Below are positions 20,748 through 30,134 of a stretch of DNA of 43,070 nucleotides, one piece after another. The notes below the pieces were generated by a model, which ran no database searches, was not told the DNA's origin, and saw only the letters and a list, made by a program, of their open reading frames with translations. Origin of the DNA: Nitrosopumilales archaeon UBA218 (GTDB lineage: Archaea > Thermoproteota > Nitrososphaeria > Nitrososphaerales > Nitrosopumilaceae); contig DAMC01000041.1 of the NCBI GenBank assembly GCA_002499525.1, positions 11,862-54,931 on the forward strand, given 5' to 3'. Made by a program: the position numbers and the translations under genes. Numbering within the stretch: the stretch's first letter is position 1; each line of letters starts with the position of its first letter.

Positions 20748-20757
20748 GTGACTATAA

Positions 20758-21153
20758 TTGGTAAAAAAGAAGGATGAACTCCCAGACTGGGTTTTAGATG
20801 ACATAAAGGGTGCAAAATTTGGCAAACCTGAACAAATCACGCGATTAGGCTACATTCTAGAAGTATTCGAATCGGATAAGAAGATAGATGTGCAGCTTTA
20901 CGAATCAGTTGAGGATGGAAGACGTATTATCACTTTGGACTTGCCAAAAAATATCAATACAGCTGGTTGTCAGACTGGTTCAGTATACGAATTTGTAATT
21001 AACATGTTAAAGGCGCCATTAACAAAAAAAACAGTAAACTTCCTAAAAACAGAGAAAGAATTAGAAATGAGTGCAATCTATCAATTCGAGCTACAAAAAA
21101 TGACTCTGATGGATATAGAATCGGATGAAAGTAGTACAGATAATGAAGAATAG
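20758..21153 (+). CDS. Hypothetical acidic-tailed protein
   Basis: 131-aa ORF with TTG start 10 nt after the upstream gene; protein-like composition, no family recognised. Confidence 0.75.
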   Translation: MVKKKDELPDWVLDDIKGAKFGKPEQITRLGYILEVFESDKKIDVQLYESVEDGRRIITLDLPKNINTAGCQTGSVYEFVINMLKAPLTKKTVNFLKTEKELEMSAIYQFELQKMTLMDIESDESSTDNEE

Positions 21154-21155
21154 TA

Positions 21156-21941
21156 TTATCTTTGCAATTTATTGAATGCCGCACCGACTAAAGGATTTAC
21201 TAAGAAGGGAAAAGTGTGCTTTAACCAAACTCCAATTCTGACTATATTCGGCACGATTATTTCAAGTCTAGATGATTGTGATGCTCGGATAATTGTCTTA
21301 GCTACAGTTTTTGGATCAAGTGAAGTGATAGAATATTTTGGCATTTTTGCAAATGATTTGTGTTCAAAGAAATTTGTTCTGACCATGATAGGACTAACAA
21401 CAGTAATACCGATGTTAGTATGTTTTAGTTCATGTTTGAGCCCTTCTGAGAATCCAAGCATGGCAAATTTTGATGCACAGTATGGAGCAATACCTGGCAA
21501 TCCAAATGAGGCGGCTACTGATGCAATATTGACTATATGACCAGAATTTTGTTTCTGCAAGACGGGAAGAAAATTTTTCGTGCAGTAGATCATTCCTAGA
21601 TAGTTTGTCTGAATTTGTGATTCAATTTCCTCGATAGAAAGATCTGATACATTACCATAGATCGCAAAGCCGGCATTATTGATTAAAATATCAATCTTGC
21701 CAAATTTTTGAATCACGCTATTAGCCATTGATTTAACTTGGTTTTTGTCAGAAACGTCACATGGATACACCATGATTTCATTGCCGAACTGTGAAAGTTC
21801 TTCTCTTACTAGATCCAATTTGTCCTTTCTTCTTGATATTAACACGAGTTTTGCACCGTGTTTTGCAAATTCTAGAGCAGTAGATCTTCCGATTCCACTT
21901 GATGCACCAGTAATAACTATAATTTTATCTCTAAATGACAT
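21156..21941 (-). CDS. Short-chain dehydrogenase/reductase
   Basis: TGASSGIG, INNAG and YCASK. Confidence 0.93.
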   Translation of the reverse strand: MSFRDKIIVITGASSGIGRSTALEFAKHGAKLVLISRRKDKLDLVREELSQFGNEIMVYPCDVSDKNQVKSMANSVIQKFGKIDILINNAGFAIYGNVSDLSIEEIESQIQTNYLGMIYCTKNFLPVLQKQNSGHIVNIASVAASFGLPGIAPYCASKFAMLGFSEGLKHELKHTNIGITVVSPIMVRTNFFEHKSFAKMPKYSITSLDPKTVAKTIIRASQSSRLEIIVPNIVRIGVWLKHTFPFLVNPLVGAAFNKLQR

Positions 21942-21977
21942 ATGAAGTGAAATTACCTCGTTTAGATAAGTTGTTTT

Positions 21978-22991
21978 CTAAGAATCAAGGCGTTGGTATT
22001 TACGTAGAGCCATTTTCATAAGCAGGAACCAAGCAATTGGAATTGGTAATTGGTAGGTAGCAATCCTCCAAGCAATAATAGTATTCCATTCTATGCTATT
22101 GTTTGGTAATTGCAGCTTCAACTCGTTAAGATGAGACAGATATGCCCATGTACCAAATTCTGCTAGACCAGACCCTCCGACCGTAATAGGTAGATTACCG
22201 ATTGCATTGCCTGCCATGACTGCCAGTATAGATTCTACCAGAGTTACTGCGTGAGCGCTTCCAAATGAGATCAACATGAATGAGGCTCCAAAGACCATCC
22301 ATGACAATAATGAAATAAAGAATGAGATAACAAATGCTCGTTTAGCTTGAGGAGTGTAGATATTCTGTCTAGTCATTTCACAGATGTCTTTCATCCATTC
22401 GTTTGTTTTATCCAAGTATTGTTGACCTTTTTCTTTACGAAATTTCAACACCATACCAACAAAGATTTTGGGTACTTGAAAATCGCGTTTAGCTGTTAGA
22501 AAAAATAAACCTAACCATAATCCAACCACTGGAAATGTTGTTCCAAGAACAATAATACCTATTACGAAATGTCCTAGGAGTATTGCTGATACTCCTGCAA
22601 TTATCGCTAAGACTCCTGCGGCCAAGACCTCAGTCACAATTTCAAATATTCCAAGCCATGATGCCTTGGATGTTGGCATTCCTCGCTTATTCATCCAGTA
22701 TATTCTGACCACTTCCCCACCAACAAACATGGGTGTAGTCATTGTTACAAATTCTGAACCAATTCTAACAAAAATTGTTCGCCACAGGGATTCTATTTTT
22801 CCATGAAAAGTTTTGATAATATAGTGGAATTTTACTCCCTGTAAGAATAATTTTCCCATCATTGCTGCAAATGCTGCAAGGAAATTCACAATTCCTACTG
22901 CAAAGATATCCTGGGGTTTGACATGGAACGAAATTGCGATTATTAAAAATGGAATCAGACTAGCTGTAATTGCAACGATTCGCCAGTTCAA
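21978..22991 (-). CDS. UPF0104 / lysylphosphatidylglycerol synthase TM (flippase-like) membrane protein
   Basis: Multi-TM protein with TP..VGGEVVR, LPITVGGSGLAE and WRIATY motifs. Confidence 0.85.
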   Translation of the reverse strand: MNWRIVAITASLIPFLIIAISFHVKPQDIFAVGIVNFLAAFAAMMGKLFLQGVKFHYIIKTFHGKIESLWRTIFVRIGSEFVTMTTPMFVGGEVVRIYWMNKRGMPTSKASWLGIFEIVTEVLAAGVLAIIAGVSAILLGHFVIGIIVLGTTFPVVGLWLGLFFLTAKRDFQVPKIFVGMVLKFRKEKGQQYLDKTNEWMKDICEMTRQNIYTPQAKRAFVISFFISLLSWMVFGASFMLISFGSAHAVTLVESILAVMAGNAIGNLPITVGGSGLAEFGTWAYLSHLNELKLQLPNNSIEWNTIIAWRIATYQLPIPIAWFLLMKMALRKYQRLDS

Positions 22992-23046
22992 TTCAGCAGT
23001 TTTCTGATTGAATCAAATATAAGCCAACAAGTTCAATATTTACAAA

Positions 23047-23805
23047 TTGAAAGCAATTTTTGTCGCGGGTACTGCGGGTTCTGGGAAATCGCTCCTTACA
23101 TCAAAAATCCATGAATATTATACCAGAAATGGAGCGTTCACGGCAATTTTGAATTTAGATCCTGGTGTGATTTCACTCCCTTACACACCGGATATTGACA
23201 TTAGAGACTCTGTAGATATTGTATCAATTATGAAGCAGTATGATTTGGGTCCAAATGGAGCACTAATGATGGCAAATGATCTAATTGCTTCAAAGTTAGA
23301 TGAGCTACAAGAAGAAGCTGACAAGATAAATCCAGACTATCTTATTGTAGATACTCCTGGACAGATTGAATTATTTGCATATAGAACTAGTGGTCCATAT
23401 TTTGTCAATAATTTTGTCGCTGATCAGAAGGTATCTTTATTTTTGTATGATGGAGTTTTGGTAACTACCGCAGTCAATTTTGTCTCTATGGCCTTGTTGG
23501 CAACATCGATTAGGCTGAGGATGGGTATGCCGACAATAAATGTACTTACCAAAACAGATCTTATTGCAGATAGAATATCAGAGATTCTACGTTGGACTAC
23601 CAATCTAAAGACATTAGAGAATGCAATTTCTGCTGAAGCAGACGGCGAAACCTACGTTCTGGTGACAAACATTTTGCGCAGTCTAAATCTCTCTGGGTTT
23701 GCTCAGGGGTTGATACCAGTTTCTAATGCAACTGGTGAAGGTATGGTGAATTTGGAAAGCTCCCTAAGTAGAATACTTAACCAAGGGGAGGAAACTGAAG
23801 ACTGA
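23047..23805 (+). CDS. GPN-loop GTPase
   Basis: GTAGSGKS, NLDPG, LGPNGAL, DTPGQIELF and TKTD. Confidence 0.93.
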   Translation: MKAIFVAGTAGSGKSLLTSKIHEYYTRNGAFTAILNLDPGVISLPYTPDIDIRDSVDIVSIMKQYDLGPNGALMMANDLIASKLDELQEEADKINPDYLIVDTPGQIELFAYRTSGPYFVNNFVADQKVSLFLYDGVLVTTAVNFVSMALLATSIRLRMGMPTINVLTKTDLIADRISEILRWTTNLKTLENAISAEADGETYVLVTNILRSLNLSGFAQGLIPVSNATGEGMVNLESSLSRILNQGEETED

Positions 23806-24719
23806 TGAATTCTGTTACGGCAAGAGCACCTTCATCAACTGCAAATCTTGGTCCTGGTTTTGATGTTTTTGGATTGGCATTGGATGCATTTTATGATGAA
23901 GTACAATTAACCAAGCAAAAACATGGGATTTCAATAATTACTGATGATTCAATACCTGTTTCACCGAGAAAAAACACTACTGGACTAGTTGTCGAGTATA
24001 TGAAAAAAAAATTCCGAATTAAAAGTGGAGTTCAAATTAGAATCAAAAAAGGAGTGCCGGCTGGTTTTGGAATGGGAAGTAGTGCAGCATCTGCAGCAGC
24101 TACTGCAGTTGCATTTAACAAATTATTTAGTCTCGGACTTGATGGGAACACTCTAGTAGAATGTGCTGGTGTGGGAGAACTTGCAAGTGCAGGCTCTATC
24201 CATTATGACAATGTATCAGCTTCTGTTTTAGGCGGATTCATAATTGTGAGAACCAAGCCATTGGATGTGATTAAGATTTTACCACCATCCGATTTACGGT
24301 TAGTGGTAGCAGTTCCTAAAATTACAGTTCCCAAAAAAAAGACACAGGTATCAAGAAGTGTTGTACCAAAACATATTCCACTCTCAGATTCAGTAGTGAA
24401 TTTAGCTAATGCATCTTCTATTGTAGCTGGATTTGTAAGAAAAGATTCGGAGTTGATTGGAAAATCAATTCAAGATGTAATAATAGAGCCTGCAAGAGCA
24501 CATTTAATTCCTGGTTTTTATCAAGTTAAAAAAAATTCTCTCAAGGCGGGGGCTTTAGGTGTTACAATTTCTGGTGCAGGACCATCTGTAATTTCATTTG
24601 CTACAAAAAAATCAAATCTTAAGAAAATTGCAGATGCGATGAAAAAAGGATTTGCAGATAAGAGAATTGACTCGCAAATTGTGATATGCAAGCCAAGTAA
24701 TGGTGCAAAAACGATCTAA
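23805..24719 (+). CDS. thrB: Homoserine kinase
   Basis: PSSTANLGPGFDVFGLAL, GMGSSAAS, HYDNV, EPAR and ISGAGPS. Confidence 0.96.
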   Translation: MNSVTARAPSSTANLGPGFDVFGLALDAFYDEVQLTKQKHGISIITDDSIPVSPRKNTTGLVVEYMKKKFRIKSGVQIRIKKGVPAGFGMGSSAASAAATAVAFNKLFSLGLDGNTLVECAGVGELASAGSIHYDNVSASVLGGFIIVRTKPLDVIKILPPSDLRLVVAVPKITVPKKKTQVSRSVVPKHIPLSDSVVNLANASSIVAGFVRKDSELIGKSIQDVIIEPARAHLIPGFYQVKKNSLKAGALGVTISGAGPSVISFATKKSNLKKIADAMKKGFADKRIDSQIVICKPSNGAKTI

Positions 24720-25394
24720 ATGAATAAAGCAGTTGTCATTCTCAGTGGGGGACTTGACTCATTGTGCCTTGGTGCTTATTTTGCAAAAAAGTTTGATTTG
24801 TATGGAATAACTTTTTCTTATGGACAACGCGCGTCAAGGGAGTTAGTGGCTGCAAAAAAAGTTGGTAAGATTTTACATCTCCGTGAACATAAAATAATTC
24901 CGCTCGATTTTATGAAATCATTGTACGGGTCAAGTAATGTTTTGACAAGTAGCAAGAAATCACTTCCATCAGAATTTGATTATTCGATAGTTGTGCCAAT
25001 CAGAAATGCAATTTTTATTACAATTGCATCGGCATGGGCATATTCCCTCAAAGCTTCTCTTGTTGCTTATGGAGCTCACACTGATGATACCAAGTATCCA
25101 GATTGCAGACCTGCATTTTCTAAAAAATTGGAAACTGCTTTGAATCAGGGAGAGGTTGATGGTATCAGATTAGGCATCAGAAAAAAGATTACTGTTTGGA
25201 CTCCATTTTCAGCAGGGATCTCAAAAAGTTCTCTAATCAAACACGGTTATGATGTGTTTGGTGATAAAATATTTCAAACATGGAGTTGTTATGCAAATTC
25301 AAAACATCATTGTGGAAAATGTGAATCGTGCCGAAATAGAAAAAAAGCATTTCTTAAAGCAAGTATTAGAGACAAAACATTGTATTTGTCTTAG
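24720..25394 (+). CDS. queC: 7-cyano-7-deazaguanine synthase
   Basis: LSGGLDS, YGQR, VPIRN, YPDCR, TWSCY and CGKCESC. Confidence 0.93.
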   Translation: MNKAVVILSGGLDSLCLGAYFAKKFDLYGITFSYGQRASRELVAAKKVGKILHLREHKIIPLDFMKSLYGSSNVLTSSKKSLPSEFDYSIVVPIRNAIFITIASAWAYSLKASLVAYGAHTDDTKYPDCRPAFSKKLETALNQGEVDGIRLGIRKKITVWTPFSAGISKSSLIKHGYDVFGDKIFQTWSCYANSKHHCGKCESCRNRKKAFLKASIRDKTLYLS

Positions 25395-25645
25395 TAACGT
25401 GTTTCTAAGATCTTTTTACGCAAGATCAAGTTTCGAATTATCATGTACCAACCAGCAATAATGGCAAAAATTATTCCAAAAAAGTACCAGTTTTGCATTG
25501 CAGGAGTTGCATCTTTTGCAACAATATGGACTAGTTCACGAGAACTAAAAGCACCGATTGCCAAAATTATGAAGAATTCTATTGCTAGCCATGTAAAGTG
25601 TGGCCAAGATTCTCCAGGAACATGGACATTGTTGTGTACTCCCAC
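25391..25645 (-). CDS. Small 2-TM membrane protein
   Basis: 84 aa with two hydrophobic helices; GTG start downstream of folE. Confidence 0.7.
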   Translation of the reverse strand: MGVHNNVHVPGESWPHFTWLAIEFFIILAIGAFSSRELVHIVAKDATPAMQNWYFFGIIFAIIAGWYMIIRNLILRKKILETRY

Positions 25646-25680
25646 GAAAACCTAACCTCTCATCAGTTTATTTATCTTTT

Positions 25681-26235
25681 TCAGATAAATTCTGATTTAG
25701 AGTCTCGGATCATGGCTACTACATCATCACGGTTTTCTTTTCTTTCGTAGTATCCACGATATGCTGCAGAAGTCATTGTAGCGTCATTTTTGACTCCTCG
25801 CATTTTCATGCAGAAATGTTCTGCATTTGACATTACTACTACTCCCTTAACCCCTTGGGAATATAGCTCGTCAGCAATGTCCCTTGTCATTCTTTCTTGA
25901 ATTTGAAGTCGTTTAGCATGTTTTTCAACGAGTCTTACAAGTTTGGAAACGCCAAAGACTCTACCATTTGGAAGATATCCAATACTAATTTTTCCAAAGA
26001 ATGGAAGCATGTGATGTTCGCACATTGAATAGAATTTGATATCTTTTACAACTACAGTATCTGAGTCCTCAGAAAATTGTACTGATAATTCTGAATCAGA
26101 GTCATATCCTGCAAATATTTCTTCATACATGTCTGCTATTCTGTCTGGTGTACCACGTAATCCTTCACGAGTAGGATCCTCGCCAAGCTCGATGATTAAT
26201 TCTCTAACTAATTTACGGACTCGTTCTTTGTTCAT
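25681..26235 (-). CDS. folE: GTP cyclohydrolase I (FolE type)
   Basis: REGLRGTPDR, SMCEHHMLPFFG, SKLVR, RLQIQER and HFCMKMRG. Confidence 0.96.
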   Translation of the reverse strand: MNKERVRKLVRELIIELGEDPTREGLRGTPDRIADMYEEIFAGYDSDSELSVQFSEDSDTVVVKDIKFYSMCEHHMLPFFGKISIGYLPNGRVFGVSKLVRLVEKHAKRLQIQERMTRDIADELYSQGVKGVVVMSNAEHFCMKMRGVKNDATMTSAAYRGYYERKENRDDVVAMIRDSKSEFI

Positions 26236-26945
26236 GGAGCACCTATGAGTTTGTGTAATTGCGGAACAACCCGTACATCTGAAAAGTATGGATACACCAC
26301 GTCATAAAAGTTCAAAAGTTGTTGCAATGTTGGTTCTGCTATACCATATGTTGGTTGTATTATAAAACCGTTGAGATCGCGTGGATTAGTAATTTTGAAT
26401 ATTTTTTGTGTAAGATCAGTAAATGTTTCGAGGTCTGTTTTTGCAGACACAACAATTTTGACATATGTGGGTTTTTTTGCTGATATGGATTTTTTTAGAC
26501 AGTCTAATGCGTTTTCTATAAGTGTAGAATAATGCTTTTGATCAACGAAATCCGAATCTTTAGTTTTTAGTTCTACTTTTACGAAATCAATATGAGGTAA
26601 AACTTTTTCAAATTTTTTAGAATCATAGCATGAAGACTCTAGATATGTGGGAATTTTTTTGGAATGGACAAATTTCGCCATCTCAATTACTGCATCCGTC
26701 TGAACTAGTGGATCGCCTCCAGTGAAATTTACTTTGTAGGTTTTATCCTTCAAGTTTTTTTCAATTAACTCACAGGCATCGGTAATATCATATTCATTCC
26801 CTGAATCCATTGGAAGTGATTCTTTAGTATCACAATAAAAACAGGTAAATGGACATCCTGCAAGTCTGACAAAAAGGGTTTTTGTGCCGTAGAGAATGCC
26901 TTCACCTTCTAATGATGTGAATATTTCAAAGAGTCTAACTTTCAA
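26232..26945 (-). CDS. queE: 7-carboxy-7-deazaguanine synthase (radical SAM)
   Basis: EIFTSLEGEG, FVRLAGCPFTCFYCDT, FTGGDP and PQLHK. Confidence 0.92.
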   Translation of the reverse strand: MKVRLFEIFTSLEGEGILYGTKTLFVRLAGCPFTCFYCDTKESLPMDSGNEYDITDACELIEKNLKDKTYKVNFTGGDPLVQTDAVIEMAKFVHSKKIPTYLESSCYDSKKFEKVLPHIDFVKVELKTKDSDFVDQKHYSTLIENALDCLKKSISAKKPTYVKIVVSAKTDLETFTDLTQKIFKITNPRDLNGFIIQPTYGIAEPTLQQLLNFYDVVYPYFSDVRVVPQLHKLIGAP

Positions 26946-26981
26946 GTAGACGTTCTATCTTGTATCAATATTTAATTCAGA

Positions 26982-27176
26982 CTAGGAAGTAACAGGTTGT
27001 TTTGCATACAACAATCCCGCAACAAAAAATATCACACCTAAGATTCCTATTAGACTTCCAACAAATTGTATAGTTTCAATCCATTCGGTATTTGTTGGTC
27101 CCCATAAAAATGCCATAAAAGCACCAACAATAACCATTGGAATTCCAACCCCAAATGATATTTGCTTTGATGCCAT
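26982..27176 (-). CDS. Small 2-TM membrane protein
   Basis: 64 aa with two hydrophobic Gly-rich helices. Confidence 0.7.
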   Translation of the reverse strand: MASKQISFGVGIPMVIVGAFMAFLWGPTNTEWIETIQFVGSLIGILGVIFFVAGLLYAKQPVTS

Positions 27177-27224
27177 GCGATTAGAAAATCTTCAAAATGT
27201 ATATGAAGTTTTGTGGGAGTAAAT

Positions 27225-28397
27225 CTAGTTGGATTTAGTCTTTGAATTTGATTTTTTATCGGTTGTCGTAGGGTCGTTTTTCTTTAAAGATTCTTGTTTT
27301 TGTTCTGTTGGTGATGGTTCACTTTGAGGTTTTTGCTCATCAGGACTAGTTTTAGTATTTTGAGAGTTTTGTTGTGATGCCAAATATGTCTCAATCTCTT
27401 TGATTATAGAGTCGAGTTTCTTAAGTTGCTTGATTTTATCGTCAGAAGATTCAGGGTCTTTAACTGAGATTAGGATTGATTTTGCCGTGTCAAACTTTGG
27501 TCTAATATTTTCATCAATTTTTGTCTCAACAAGTCCTAATCGAGTTTCTTGTTTGTTGATTTCAGAAAGAATTTTTTGATTCTTTGCATCTATGATATCC
27601 GAGTTAATAAGATAGACTTGTTTGATTTTAATAATTAACTGAGTCGAGTTTCCATTGGAGGCCAGTTCTTCCCTCGCGGTTTGTAGTTTAGAGGTTTGAT
27701 CTTCTGATAATCCTAATTCTTTGGCTTGTAATAGAACCGAATCAATTTTGGCAATATACTTACTTGTGAAAGAGGCTGCTCTCTTATTGGATTGCTCTGC
27801 GACAAGATCCTTGATAGTTGTTTGAAGGTTAACTCCCTCAGCTTTAAGTTCCGTGAATGTTCTATTGAGTGCGACCATGTTTCCGGTTGAGAGATTTGAT
27901 TTTGTAATTTGGAGCAACTTGTCAAATTTACTAAAATCTATTGGAAGTTTATTTTTGGTTGCAACTGATTTGAGAATTCCAATATTTGTTTCAAATCGTT
28001 TTAGTGCATTACCGTAATCAAATTCTGATGATTGTGGATTTGGTTGAACGGATTGAGATGATGTAATTTTTTCTGTAGATGAATCTGTAGCTTGTTCAGA
28101 GAAAAATTGGGTGATCTGTCTGAACGCATCCATAGCTGCCAAAAAGTGTTTTTTAGCAGACAAGGCATCGCCTTTCTTTACTGATTCGGTTAGCTGGTCG
28201 GTTTCTGAATCGCCTAGCGAATAAAGTGATTTAACATCATCCGTGACATAAGACATTTTATCAAGATGTGATTTCACCTGAGTTCTTGCTTGAGTAGCCA
28301 GATTCACAAATGAGTCTAATTTAGAATCAGCAAATGCTGGCACAATAATAAAACCAGCCACCAAGCCAAGTAATGCAATGGATAGTATTACTTTCAT
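27225..28397 (-). CDS. Secreted alpha-helical/coiled-coil hypothetical protein
   Basis: Signal peptide ending in AFA, amphipathic helical body and Q/S/K/P-rich tail; start overlaps the upstream stop (ATGA). Confidence 0.8.
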   Translation of the reverse strand: MKVILSIALLGLVAGFIIVPAFADSKLDSFVNLATQARTQVKSHLDKMSYVTDDVKSLYSLGDSETDQLTESVKKGDALSAKKHFLAAMDAFRQITQFFSEQATDSSTEKITSSQSVQPNPQSSEFDYGNALKRFETNIGILKSVATKNKLPIDFSKFDKLLQITKSNLSTGNMVALNRTFTELKAEGVNLQTTIKDLVAEQSNKRAASFTSKYIAKIDSVLLQAKELGLSEDQTSKLQTAREELASNGNSTQLIIKIKQVYLINSDIIDAKNQKILSEINKQETRLGLVETKIDENIRPKFDTAKSILISVKDPESSDDKIKQLKKLDSIIKEIETYLASQQNSQNTKTSPDEQKPQSEPSPTEQKQESLKKNDPTTTDKKSNSKTKSN

Positions 28398-29614
28398 GCT
28401 AAATCACCCTTTTTTCTAAGTCTGACTAGGTTTTGAAAATCCTTTTTTTCTATCTCTATTACACCCTGTCTCTCTAATCTTTTAACCGCTCTCCACATTG
28501 TAGTTCGTGGTAAAAGGAATTTTTTTCTCAAATCACGCTCAAATGCTTGTCCACCGTTTTTCTCCAAGAAGAGGACTAGCTGTTTGTCATCCTCCCTCAT
28601 TTCTTGAGTGATAATGTCATCTGATTCTGGAGATTCTGTATTGACATTCTCATTTTTATTTAGCAAAGGCGCCATTGTTTTTTTGACTGCATTTTTGGTC
28701 TTTTTTAGAAGAAGTGTCAGTGCAGATACGGCACCACCAATTGCAACAATAGAAGTAGCAATTCCAGCAATGTTATCTTTGAACCAATTTACAGGGTTAT
28801 TTTGGGAATTTACATTGTTTTCTGAAAAATTATTGATTTCTTTTTGTGCAATAGATTTTGCTTCTGAAGCAAGGGTTAGTGCATCATTGTATTTTTTATC
28901 ATCATATGCAATTGCTGCTAAATCTAATTTCTCTTGTGCCAGTTTTACATCAATTTTCTGATTAACGGCTTGCGATATTATTGATTTGGCTTCATTAATT
29001 GCATTTTGGGCGGAAAGTGCTGGACCCGAAGTAGTGAAAAAGTACTCTATCTGATTTTTTCCTTTGAGTAATGAGATTTGTTTATTGTCAATTGAATCAA
29101 TATTATCCGGATTAGTTATGTCGACCACAGTAGAATCATCTGGCATTGTAACAGTATAATCAACCTGAGGATCTACTGCAAAAGTCCAGATTTTACCTTT
29201 TTTTGAAACCAGATCGTAACTATCATAGACAATTGAGACGGAGGAAGCACCAAAAGTCTGAATCGTAAGAGCTTTGTTATCCATCTCAGATGACAAAAGT
29301 TTACCGTCCTCATCCTGGATAACTAGATTATCAATGGTTTTTCCATAAAGTGGAACCTTTAGAACAGGTTCTGATGAATCAGCACCAAGTTGTTGCGATA
29401 CGTGAGTTGTCCCGTCTGCATATATTATAAAATCAAGAGTACGGGTGAATCCATACGTTTGTGTAGGTAGTACTATTGCAAGAACAAGTCCAATAGCCAA
29501 AATAGGTGCCCTGACCATTCTAAAGAAGATATTCGAGATCCTTACAAAAATCATTGCTTCCAGGTTAGGAACGATTTCCTCTTGTGTGCAGAGTACTACC
29601 TTACGGTTATCCAT
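28394..29614 (-). CDS. Membrane-anchored winged-helix protein (exported beta domain, TM helix, cytoplasmic wHTH; COG2512-like)
   Basis: Hydrophobic signal-like segment (ILAIGLVLAIVLP), TM helix IAGIATSIVAIGGAVSALTLLL, and C-terminal EDDKQLVLFLEKNGGQAFERDLRKKFLLPRTTMWRAVKRLERQGVIEI. Alternative start at ATG 29518. Confidence 0.8.
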   Translation of the reverse strand: MDNRKVVLCTQEEIVPNLEAMIFVRISNIFFRMVRAPILAIGLVLAIVLPTQTYGFTRTLDFIIYADGTTHVSQQLGADSSEPVLKVPLYGKTIDNLVIQDEDGKLLSSEMDNKALTIQTFGASSVSIVYDSYDLVSKKGKIWTFAVDPQVDYTVTMPDDSTVVDITNPDNIDSIDNKQISLLKGKNQIEYFFTTSGPALSAQNAINEAKSIISQAVNQKIDVKLAQEKLDLAAIAYDDKKYNDALTLASEAKSIAQKEINNFSENNVNSQNNPVNWFKDNIAGIATSIVAIGGAVSALTLLLKKTKNAVKKTMAPLLNKNENVNTESPESDDIITQEMREDDKQLVLFLEKNGGQAFERDLRKKFLLPRTTMWRAVKRLERQGVIEIEKKDFQNLVRLRKKGDLA

Positions 29615-29616
29615 GT

Positions 29617-29904
29617 CTAATACCTCAAATTTAGTGTTTCAAGAATAGACTGGAATTTACGGAATTCTTGGACAAACTCGATGCCCTTTTCCGTTATTGT
29701 ATAGAGTCTGTTTTTTTCAGTTTTGACGGATTGAACCAGTCCTGCAGAAGAGAGCTTCTCACACTTGTCAATTACAGCATAGTGTGAAAGATTCGCTCTT
29801 CGAGAAATTGCAGAGACTATGGTTCCTTGTCTGCCCCCTTCCATGGTGACATTCAAGATATCTCCCATAATGCCCATTTCGGACCTGTATTGTTGTTTTG
29901 ACAT
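29617..29904 (-). CDS. Stand-alone winged-helix DNA-binding protein (HTH_45/ArnR1-like)
   Basis: YRSEMGIMGDIL...ISRRANLSH...LSSAGLV...YTITEKG pattern typical of archaeal wHTH regulators. Confidence 0.88.
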   Translation of the reverse strand: MSKQQYRSEMGIMGDILNVTMEGGRQGTIVSAISRRANLSHYAVIDKCEKLSSAGLVQSVKTEKNRLYTITEKGIEFVQEFRKFQSILETLNLRY

Positions 29905-29948
29905 GCTAAGTAATAGTTGTCAGTATAGTTTAGGGACATTTTGAAACG

Positions 29949-29975
29949 TCATAGCGGAACGCATAGCGGAACAGG
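29949..29975 (+). repeat. Direct repeat copy 1 (TCATAGCGGAACGCATAGCGGAACAGG)
   Basis: 27 bp identical to 30614-30640; 23-bp core identical to 30212-30234; internal 12-bp tandem unit. Confidence 0.95.
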
Positions 29976-29992
29976 CGTTCTGATGGTTGAAA

Positions 29993-30017
29993 CATCAAAA
30001 AATCGGATTTTTTGATG
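29993..30017. promoter_or_regulatory. Perfect 12-bp inverted repeat, candidate operator
   Basis: CATCAAAAAATC-G-GATTTTTTGATG, located between divergent genes. Confidence 0.5.
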
Positions 30018-30134
30018 CGGGGGAAAGGAAACCAATTCAGAAAAATGGTTTGGAAAATTTTGTTAATTGTGGGATTTTATCTTACTTTATCTTTATTAGT
30101 AATAAAATAGAACATTTGCTATTACAGATATAAT

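Noticed and set aside
29560-29610. Small hairpins (AGGAA/TTCCT, CTCT/AGAG, ACC/GGT) between the two wHTH genes
   Set aside because: The stems are only 3-5 bp and partly overlap, so they cannot be told from chance without comparative data.
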